From Bdellovibrionales bacterium (lineage in GTDB: Bacteria > Bdellovibrionota > Bdellovibrionia > Bdellovibrionales > UBA1609): a stretch of 64,000 nt of DNA. The notes below the pieces were generated by a model. That model searched no databases, was not told the origin of the DNA, and saw only the letters and a list, made by a program, of their open reading frames with translations. A program made the translations under genes and the position numbers. How positions within the stretch are numbered: position 1 is the stretch's first letter; each line of letters opens with the position of its first letter. Shown here piece by piece: positions 56,461 through 64,000 of this stretch. The stretch is from the NCBI GenBank assembly GCA_965200875.1, contig OZ241456.1, positions 608,001-672,000 of the forward strand. Direction: 5' to 3'.

Positions 56461-56865
56461 TTATTGCAGGTGTTTTCCAATACCACCTGGCACATCAAAC
56501 ATACGAATTTGTCTTTTATTGCCGAAGATCTGCTTCAACTTACTGTCTAAATTGATATTTCTCCGGTTTTGTGAATCCTGCAATCCATTTTTCTTTATAT
56601 AGTCCCAAAGATACTTGGTTGCTTTTTGCCTTGTAACCGACTTGACGCCTATTACCGCAGACAGCTGACTTGAAGCTTTCATAACCTTCATAAGTGCTGG
56701 ATTCAGTTTTCTTTTTTTCTTTTTTACTGCTTTTTTCTTAACAGCCTTTTTTTTAACAGCCTTTTTCTTGACTGCCTTTTTCTTGACTGCCTTTTTCTTA
56801 ACTACCTTTTTCTTGACTGCCTTTTTCTTTGCTTTCTTTTTTACTTTTTTCTTTCTTATTGCCAT
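56461..56865 (-). CDS. SWIB/MDM2-domain protein with histone H1-like KKKAV repeats
   Basis: L..VIG...TR...TK.LWDYIKKNGLQD..NRRNI..D.KL; 15-bp repeats at the N-terminus. Confidence 0.9.
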   Translation of the reverse strand: MAIRKKKVKKKAKKKAVKKKVVKKKAVKKKAVKKKAVKKKAVKKKAVKKKKRKLNPALMKVMKASSQLSAVIGVKSVTRQKATKYLWDYIKKNGLQDSQNRRNINLDSKLKQIFGNKRQIRMFDVPGGIGKHLQ

Positions 56866-57017
56866 GTTGACCTCCAGATTGTGTTACTGCTTTTCAACAG
56901 TTTTTATTAACAGGAAACATAATATCCTTAAAATGCCTTCTTATCAAAAGAAAAAATTAATTTATGACTGAGTACAGTAAAAAACTTTCAAACAAACTGA
57001 TGAATATGCAAACTGAA

Positions 57018-57350
57018 CTAGGGCAGGTGAGACTTTTTCTGACAAGGAGGAGAAGGTGACAGGGAGGAATCCATACCCCTCCACTCTTCGGGTGTCATAG
57101 TCTTTTGAGAAAAAGCATGAACAGGTCCCTTAAGCTCATCTGCCAGAATCTGATATACCTTCTGATGACGCTGAACAGTGCTTAAATCATTAAAATCACT
57201 GGAAATAATTAAAACTCGGAAATGTGTTTCTGCCCCTTCAGGCACCTGATGCCTGGGGCTTTCATTTACTACTTCCAGCAAACTGATATTAAGATGAAGC
57301 TCCAGTTTTTTCCGTATTTTGTCTTCTATAGTCATGCTTCTTACTACCAT
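57018..57350 (-). CDS. bolA: BolA family protein
   Basis: NES..H, ETHF, RHQ.VY..L, VHA, TPEEW. Confidence 0.9.
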   Translation of the reverse strand: MVVRSMTIEDKIRKKLELHLNISLLEVVNESPRHQVPEGAETHFRVLIISSDFNDLSTVQRHQKVYQILADELKGPVHAFSQKTMTPEEWRGMDSSLSPSPPCQKKSHLP

Positions 57351-57448
57351 TATATGTGTATAATGAAAAAGACTAATGTTCCCTTCTTTGAGATTAGCTG
57401 GAAAAATAATACCAAGGACTTAGGTCCAGTGCGTTATTTCAGTATCAG

Positions 57449-58870
57449 TTACTTTCCGGTATTTTTGTCACCTAGCATATTTTTCGGCTGGACATAACGG
57501 TCAAATTCCTCAGCAGTAACATAGCCCAAACGCAAAGCCTCTGCTTTTAAAGTAGTATTGTTTCGATACGCTAACTTGGCAATTTCCGCCGATTTATCAT
57601 ATCCAATATAAGGGTTGAGAGCTGTTATTGGCATCAGGGAATGTTCCAAGTTTTGTCTTAACTGAGCTGTATTTGCTTTTATACCATTGACGCAATGCTT
57701 TTGAAAACTATAAACAGCGTCTGAAAGCAAGCGGATAGATCTAAGTATATTAAAAATTATCATGGGTTTAAAAACATTTAACTCAAAATGCCCGCTGGCT
57801 CCTCCTACAGATACTGCCACATCACAACCTGTTACCTCAGCGCAAACCATTGTTAATGCTTCACTTTGGGTGGGATTTACTTTTCCAGGCATAATGGAAC
57901 TGCCTGGTTCATTGGCAGGAATGGAAATTTCATTTAAGCCGGCACGAGGGCCACTGGCCATCAGACGAATGTCATTGCCTATTTTCATTAAGCTACAAGC
58001 TGTGGTTTTTAAAACCCCACTTAATTCCACTAAATCGTCATGGGCAGAACTGGAAGCAAAACGATTTTTTACAGGTACAAACGGATAACCTGTTTTTTCC
58101 GCAATAAGAGCGATCACTTTGCTGGCAAAACCTTCCGGTGCGTTTAAGCCAGTGCCTACAGCTGTTCCCCCTAAAGTCAAACCATGCAAGCGGGAAAGAC
58201 AATCTTTGATTCTATCCTGATTATCAGATATCTGCTGACCATAACCCGAAAATTCCTGATTCAAACCAATAGGTGTGGCATCCATAAGGTGTGTGCGTCC
58301 CACCTTTATTATGCCTGTAAACTCTTTCACCTTGGAGCTAAAACTTTTTTCCAAATTTTTTAAAGCTGGAAGAAGACGGGTATTTAACTGCTCCACGACT
58401 ACAATATTCATGGCTGTGGGAAACACATCGTTGGAAGATTGGCCTTTATTCACATCGTCATTTGGGTGAACACTTTTGTCTCCAAGCTGGCCTCCTGAAA
58501 TTTGAATGGCTCGATTGGCTATCACTTCGTTTACATTCATGTTGCTTTGTGTGCCACTTCCCGTTTGCCACACCACGAGAGGAAAATGAGCATCCCATCG
58601 GCCTTGCATGACCTCCTCACTGGCTTGGATAATAGTTCGTGCTTTTTTACTGTCTAGAAGGGAAAGCGATTTATTAACCTCGGCTGAGTATTTTTTCACC
58701 AAGGCCAAAGCGTGAATCACCTCGATGGGCATTCGCTCTGATATTCCACCAATCCGAAAATTTTCCAAAGACCGTTGAGTTTGTGCCCCCCACAAGCGAT
58801 TTTCTGGAATACGCACCACACCCAAACTATCAGACTCTTCACGAAAAGACATAGAACCAATATCCTTCAA
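57449..58870 (-). CDS. fumC: Class II fumarate hydratase
   Basis: WGAQTQRS, WQTGSGTQSNMN, GRTHLMDA, GSSIMPGKVNPTQ. Confidence 0.97.
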   Translation of the reverse strand: MKDIGSMSFREESDSLGVVRIPENRLWGAQTQRSLENFRIGGISERMPIEVIHALALVKKYSAEVNKSLSLLDSKKARTIIQASEEVMQGRWDAHFPLVVWQTGSGTQSNMNVNEVIANRAIQISGGQLGDKSVHPNDDVNKGQSSNDVFPTAMNIVVVEQLNTRLLPALKNLEKSFSSKVKEFTGIIKVGRTHLMDATPIGLNQEFSGYGQQISDNQDRIKDCLSRLHGLTLGGTAVGTGLNAPEGFASKVIALIAEKTGYPFVPVKNRFASSSAHDDLVELSGVLKTTACSLMKIGNDIRLMASGPRAGLNEISIPANEPGSSIMPGKVNPTQSEALTMVCAEVTGCDVAVSVGGASGHFELNVFKPMIIFNILRSIRLLSDAVYSFQKHCVNGIKANTAQLRQNLEHSLMPITALNPYIGYDKSAEIAKLAYRNNTTLKAEALRLGYVTAEEFDRYVQPKNMLGDKNTGK

Positions 58871-58919
58871 ATTTTATTTTAGAGCAAGAAATTTCTCCAG
58901 CCTCTACCAATTTTATCTG

Positions 58920-60740
58920 TCATTGTTTTTGTACTTTGCCAAACGGGCGAAGAGTCCATACCAAAATAACATACATCAAATGTAAAATAGCAAAGCCACT
59001 GACATACTCCACCCCTCCGGAACCAAAGCCATAAGAATGCAATCCCTGCCCCAAAACATAATTGACTCCATACCAGGCCATTACAATTAAAAAAAAGACC
59101 AGCACAGCTCCCACAGCCAAGCCAAACTCTTTCACCCACCCAACCAGCCGGCCATGCAAAAGGGCTACATAACCCAACAAGCTGATTAAAGCCCATGTTT
59201 CTTTAGGATCCCAGCCCCAAAAACGTCCCCAAGAGTAATCTGCCCAAATACCTCCTAATATGGTCCCGGCGGCTAATAGCACCACTCCGGCCTGTAAAGA
59301 ACGATCAATGCACTTGGCGCACATCCGAATTTTATCTTGAGTACCCTCTTGATTGGAGCTTTTCCCTCTTTCGTTTGAAAGCTTGGAAAATCTGTCATTT
59401 TTTCGAAAAAACAATCGTTTTGAAAGGCTCACTTTTTTAAAATCAGTTTGTCTCAAAAAAAGAAAAAGCAATACATCACCAAGGGCAAAAGCCAGAAAAA
59501 AAGCAGAGTAACTCATGGTAATAATTAATACATGTGTTGTAAGCCAGAAGTTGGAACGCAGGACGGCCTCCAAAGGCTCTAGGCGACCATCCAATAAAGA
59601 GGGGGCTGAATCCGCCAAAAGCAAACACAGCAAGGCCACTGCGCAGGCACAGGCAAAAACAGTAAAAACTCTGTGTCTGAACCACAAAAAAGCTCCAAAA
59701 ATGACGGCCACCCAAGGAACCCAAATCACTGTTTCGTACATATTGGTGACAGGAGGTCGTCCCATAATCAGAGAGCGTAAAATCATTCCATACCCTTGCA
59801 GGCAAAAAGCACCTGCCAATACCGCCAAAGAACCGTAAAAAAGAAATTTCCGGCGAAAAACCCAGTGTGAGAATAAAAGTAGAAAACCCACTAAATAGAA
59901 AATCCAAGCTAAACGAAAAGGGTTTAGCTGATTGTAGTGTAATTCTATGGAAACTTTAGATAAACTTCTTTTATATTCAGGATATTTTAATGACAGATAA
60001 TGTTTAAAATCAAAAATTGCAGTTTTCAGGTTCTGTGTTTTTTTTTCTTTGTCAGAGGCTGATGATTCCAATGAGGAAACAGCAGAAACATAAGAGACTA
60101 TTATTTTTTTAAACAGCTTATGCTCTTCCGTATTGTCCTTCCATTGTGATAGAGTAAGCCACGCTTTTCTTCCTCTATCAGCTGTGTTATCCTGATAGCT
60201 CGATTCTTTTTGTTTTACTTTTTCAGGTTTCTTGGTAAAAGGAATCCAGCCCGGAATTTCTCCTTTTTGAAAAGCCTGATAGAGAATCAAACGGTTTTCC
60301 AACTTTTGTACAGACTTAAAATAATCATCCAAAGGTTCTTTGTTTCTCTGCTTTACTTGAAGCTCCATTATTTCCTGAATAAAAATTTTGTTTTGCAACA
60401 AAGCTTTCGGGCTAAACAAAACTTTATCTTCAGACAGCTTTAATGTTTTCCTGAGAGCAGAATCTCTGACTTGAATAAACTCCTCTTTATGCCAATATTC
60501 CGGCAAAAGTGTCCAAGACATAAGAACATCCACAGCCGGTTTTTTGTTGAATTGTGTTTTCCCATATATAAAGCGTAAACTTTCACGGGCAAAAGTATCA
60601 AAGGGTTTAACTCTTCCTCCGCTTTGTACAGGCAGGGTTTTTAGTTTCTTTCCAACACCCTGACTTGCAAAGGAAAAGCCAGAAAAAGTAAAAAGCAAAA
60701 CAAAAATCCAACAATAAATGATATATCTTTTTTTTCTCAT
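58920..60740 (-). CDS. ccsA: Cytochrome c biogenesis protein CcsA (system II), long form
   Basis: GR.KP.DT.A, PV.NMYE, WL..HV, GGIWADYSWGRFWGWDPKETW, GLHSY. Confidence 0.92.
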   Translation of the reverse strand: MRKKRYIIYCWIFVLLFTFSGFSFASQGVGKKLKTLPVQSGGRVKPFDTFARESLRFIYGKTQFNKKPAVDVLMSWTLLPEYWHKEEFIQVRDSALRKTLKLSEDKVLFSPKALLQNKIFIQEIMELQVKQRNKEPLDDYFKSVQKLENRLILYQAFQKGEIPGWIPFTKKPEKVKQKESSYQDNTADRGRKAWLTLSQWKDNTEEHKLFKKIIVSYVSAVSSLESSASDKEKKTQNLKTAIFDFKHYLSLKYPEYKRSLSKVSIELHYNQLNPFRLAWIFYLVGFLLLFSHWVFRRKFLFYGSLAVLAGAFCLQGYGMILRSLIMGRPPVTNMYETVIWVPWVAVIFGAFLWFRHRVFTVFACACAVALLCLLLADSAPSLLDGRLEPLEAVLRSNFWLTTHVLIITMSYSAFFLAFALGDVLLFLFLRQTDFKKVSLSKRLFFRKNDRFSKLSNERGKSSNQEGTQDKIRMCAKCIDRSLQAGVVLLAAGTILGGIWADYSWGRFWGWDPKETWALISLLGYVALLHGRLVGWVKEFGLAVGAVLVFFLIVMAWYGVNYVLGQGLHSYGFGSGGVEYVSGFAILHLMYVILVWTLRPFGKVQKQ

Positions 60741-60767
60741 ATATTTAACTAGTGTTAATTTTAAAAT

Positions 60768-60834
60768 CGTCCTTTGTGAAAACGGGAATCTTGTTGAGTT
60801 TTATGGAGATGTTTCATTCTTTTTCACGGACTAC
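60768..60834. mobile_element. MITE-like repeat, short form
   Basis: GTGAAAACGGGAATCTTG...TTTTTCACGGACTAC, with TAAAATCGT at both 60762 and 60835. Confidence 0.82.
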
Positions 60835-61220
60835 TAAAATCGTACCCTTGAGGTTTAACTGTGTCAGAGGGGTGTGTCACTATTTTTTCTGGGATTTCTC
60901 AGGGGTTAAAAGTCCCTGAAAAGCAAAATGGGACGCATTGTCAAATCCTTGGCCTCTTTTGACATATCTAAAGACTGAAAATTCAAGCCATTACCTGTAG
61001 TTCTCGCTTTTAATTCACCCTTGAAATTATGCAGGTACTCCTAAAACTCAAAAGGCCCTCCCATGTTTTTTGCCCTTTTGAAGGAGAGGGAACAAGGAAC
61101 TTTGTCAGCCAGTGCAGTATATCGTATATTCAGGAAGCATGGTGTAAATAGGTTAAAGCTTAAGATTTTGGAGAACAGGACTGACTGTTTAAAGGTACTT
61201 ATACAAGGCTGGGTAACATA

Positions 61221-62804
61221 ATGAAAATAGAGGATCGCTTATCTTCCTTATGTGTGGATAAGAATAAAAAAATTTCCGGTAAGATTTCTGCTGTTTGTAC
61301 AGACTCCCGAAAAGTTGTGCCTGATTCTGTTTTTGTCGCTCTTAATGGGCGAAAAACAGACGGACATTATTATCTACAGTCTGCCGTTAAAAAAGGCGCG
61401 CAAGCTTTAGTGGTGGAAAATACAAAAGGGTTTGACGAAAATCTTTTTCAAGGGATGGTTTGCACAGTGCCTGATACACGCGTATTTTTACCGGTGTTAT
61501 TGAATGATTTTTACAATTCTCCTTCAGAAAAAATGTTTTGCATAGGTATCACCGGCACGAATGGCAAAACCACGGTATCCAATATACTTTCTTTTTTATT
61601 ATCTCGTTGTGGATGGCGCACAGGCCAGACAGGCACCATAAAAAACAGTTTTAAAGATTATGAGGAAAAAAGCCTATTAACCACGCCCGATCCAGTTAAG
61701 CTTTATAGTTTGCTTAATTGTTTTTTTCAACAGGGTGCTCAGGCTATGGTGATGGAAGTTTCCAGCATTGGACTGGAGCAAAAAAGGGTGGCGGGTGTGG
61801 ATTTTAATATAGGGGTGTTTACCAACCTTTCTGAAGATCATCTGGATTATCATTTCAATATGTCGAATTATTTTCAAGCCAAAAAAGAATTGTTTGAAAT
61901 GCCTTACTCTTATTCTGGTTCTGCCAATAAAAACCATTTTATGGCGGTTTTAAATTTAGACGATCCATATTGTGTAAAATTGGCGCGGGAAATTAAGTCC
62001 CCTTATATTTCTTATGGGAAAGAGACAGCGCGTTTTTCCTGGGAAATTATATCCAGTGATCTTTCCGGCACATGGTTTAACTTGCGCTTTGATAAGAAGA
62101 AATTAAAAGTCTATTTACCGGTTCCAGGGATTTATAATGTATCGAACGCGACAGCTGCTTTATGTTGTGTTTATGTGGCCGGATTTTCTGTGGAGGAAGC
62201 TGTGGAGATTTTAAAAGACTTTCCCGGAGTTCCTGGCAGAATGGAAAGAGTGTGTCCTGACAAACACCCCTTGGTGTTTGTAGACTATGCGCATACTCCT
62301 AAAGCTTTGGAATCAGCTTTGTCTTTTTTGGAGGGTGGCAAGCGAAACCTAGTAAAGTTTCCAAAGCTAGGTAAAGCTGTTATAAATAGATATGCTTTGT
62401 CTCAAATTTCAGCCAGTGGACATACATGTCCCGGAAACCTTGGTCGTTTGATCACGGTTTTTGGTTGTGGTGGTGAGAGAGAAAAGGAAAAGCGTCCCCT
62501 TATGGCGAGGATAGCAGAAAAATTTTCAGATCAAGTGATTCTCACTTCAGATAATCCTCGCACTGAAGATATAATGAATATTATCAATGATTGCATGGAA
62601 GGAGTGGAGGATAAGAAAAAAATTATTATAGAGCCTGACAGAAGAAAAGCCATTTATCAGGCTTTGGAAATCGCTAAGAAGGAGGATATTGTTTTGATTG
62701 CAGGCAAAGGACATGAAAGAGAGCAGATTATGGGAGACAGTCGTCAGCCCTTTAGTGATGCAGAAACAGTGAAAGAATATTTTTCTTCTATAATGGAGGA
62801 CTGA
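61221..62804 (+). CDS. murE: UDP-MurNAc-dipeptide:meso-DAP ligase
   Basis: GITGTNGKTT, TTPD, MEVSS, DHLDYH, VDYAHTP, DNPR, AGKGHE. Confidence 0.96.
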   Translation: MKIEDRLSSLCVDKNKKISGKISAVCTDSRKVVPDSVFVALNGRKTDGHYYLQSAVKKGAQALVVENTKGFDENLFQGMVCTVPDTRVFLPVLLNDFYNSPSEKMFCIGITGTNGKTTVSNILSFLLSRCGWRTGQTGTIKNSFKDYEEKSLLTTPDPVKLYSLLNCFFQQGAQAMVMEVSSIGLEQKRVAGVDFNIGVFTNLSEDHLDYHFNMSNYFQAKKELFEMPYSYSGSANKNHFMAVLNLDDPYCVKLAREIKSPYISYGKETARFSWEIISSDLSGTWFNLRFDKKKLKVYLPVPGIYNVSNATAALCCVYVAGFSVEEAVEILKDFPGVPGRMERVCPDKHPLVFVDYAHTPKALESALSFLEGGKRNLVKFPKLGKAVINRYALSQISASGHTCPGNLGRLITVFGCGGEREKEKRPLMARIAEKFSDQVILTSDNPRTEDIMNIINDCMEGVEDKKKIIIEPDRRKAIYQALEIAKKEDIVLIAGKGHEREQIMGDSRQPFSDAETVKEYFSSIMED

Positions 62805-62807
62805 TTA

Positions 62808-62930
62808 GTGGTCTGTGAAAAAGTATGTTATTTTGACTGGATTCCCGTTTTCACGGGAATGACTTCCCTTGGGAAGTTACATGAAAAAAGAGTGTGATAA
62901 TTGAAATACAAAAGGTTTTTTACGGGTGAC
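62808..62930. mobile_element. MITE-like repeat, long form, with perfect ATTCCC-N8-GGGAAT core
   Basis: TGATTA-GTGGTCTGTGAAAAAGTATG...TTTTTTACGGGTGAC-TAATTA between murE and murF. Confidence 0.9.
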
Positions 62931-62960
62931 TAATTAACCAGAGGAAATTTGTTGGAAAAG

Positions 62961-64000
62961 ATGAATATAAATTTAGAGGAACTTTGTTCAGCCGTAAATG
63001 GTAGTGTCTTGAGTCAATCTGGAAATTTTGGAGATCTGGTTTTTACAGGCATTTCCATTGATTCCCGTGAACCAAACTTGAGAGGAAAAATCTTTTTTGC
63101 AATTAAAGGTGAGCGTTTTGACGGACATGATTTTTTACAACAGGCCGTGGAAGGTGGCGTAGCTGTTTTGATAGTTCATAAAGATTTTTCAAGAAATATC
63201 AGCGGTAACGATGAAAGTTTCAATGTGACCAAGAGCTGTTTGGAAAATAATCAATTTTCACAAACAAGAGACAAGTTTTCCATTGGAGGGAATGAAAACC
63301 AGTGTGCCATAAAAAATCAAATGATACAAAACCCGCCCATAATAATAAAAGTGCAAGACACTTTAAAAGCTTTGCAGAGCCTAGCTTTTTACTGGAGAAA
63401 AAAAACAGATGTTCTGGTTATAGGAATTACCGGTTCCTCTGGAAAAACCACGACAAAACACTTTTGCCACACATTGTTGCAGGAGGTAAAAACGACAATA
63501 GCCAGCCCTAAAAGTTTTAATAATATGTATGGAGTTCCTTTGACTCTTTTATCTGCTAAGTCAGAAGAAACAGATATAGTGATTCAGGAAATGGGGATGA
63601 ATCAAACAGGGGAAATCAAGGCTTTGTGTCAGATTGCTCAACCGGATATTGTGACAGTGACACATATTGGAGAATCTCATATTGGAATGTTGGGAAGTAA
63701 ATCTGCCATTGCAGAAGAAAAAAAACAAATTTATCTCAGTTCTCCAAGTGCTCTAAAGGTTTTTAATGGAGATGATCCTTACACCAAAGCCATGTATGAA
63801 GAATACAGATCTGATGAGAAGGAAAAGACCTTACGTTTTTCTGCTTTGGATGAAACAGCAGATGTTTTTTTGCAGATAAAAGAAATAAAAAAGCAGAGTT
63901 TCCTTGTGAAGGGTCATATTCAGAGTGTGAGAGATTTTGCTGTTGTACCGGTGGTGGGCCCCATTCATTTAAGCAATCTCATGTCTGCTATTTGTTTGGT
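62961..64000 (+). CDS. murF: UDP-MurNAc-tripeptide:D-Ala-D-Ala ligase, 3'-truncated by the window and absent from the ORF track
   Basis: Manual translation: SIDSR, FAIKGERFDGHDF, GITGSSGKTTTK, SFNN.YGVPLTL, EMGM; start may be TTG 62949 or 62952. Confidence 0.92.
   Translation, partial: MNINLEELCSAVNGSVLSQSGNFGDLVFTGISIDSREPNLRGKIFFAIKGERFDGHDFLQQAVEGGVAVLIVHKDFSRNISGNDESFNVTKSCLENNQFSQTRDKFSIGGNENQCAIKNQMIQNPPIIIKVQDTLKALQSLAFYWRKKTDVLVIGITGSSGKTTTKHFCHTLLQEVKTTIASPKSFNNMYGVPLTLLSAKSEETDIVIQEMGMNQTGEIKALCQIAQPDIVTVTHIGESHIGMLGSKSAIAEEKKQIYLSSPSALKVFNGDDPYTKAMYEEYRSDEKEKTLRFSALDETADVFLQIKEIKKQSFLVKGHIQSVRDFAVVPVVGPIHLSNLMSAICL

Overview
AT-rich bacterial chromosome segment. Gene content (AgmX/GltG-type TonB-C protein with MotA/ExbB and two ExbD, stand-alone SWIB protein, large CcsA, minor pilins, Sel1 proteins) suggests Bdellovibrionota; this is an inference. 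Most genes are housekeeping: cca, gap-pgk, lgt, lpdA, prfB, lolC/E-lolD, ihfA, mnmA-mtaB, cmk-rpsA-sppA, tmk-holB-tatD, trpS, cysS, map, fumC, murE-murF. Accessory loci are a type III restriction-modification pair, a His-rich multicopper oxidase, a pentapeptide protein and a three-gene pilin-like cluster ending in a 728-aa Cys-repeat protein. No tRNA, rRNA, CRISPR array, transposase or integrase is visible. The main unexplained signals are: (1) a dense, modular MITE-like repeat family (about 14 copies or solo ends) with shared ~15-bp terminal inverted repeats, TANNTA-like flanks that often overlap stop codons, and a dRS3-like ATTCCC-N8-GGGAAT core; (2) many apparent in-frame insertions of about 20-55 aa in conserved enzymes; (3) a pilin operon with a sigma28-like promoter and a C10 tract that could phase-vary; (4) prfB with a CTT-TGA-A shift site; (5) a ~360-nt multi-hairpin region upstream of murE. 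All calls were made by eye from motifs; no searches were run.
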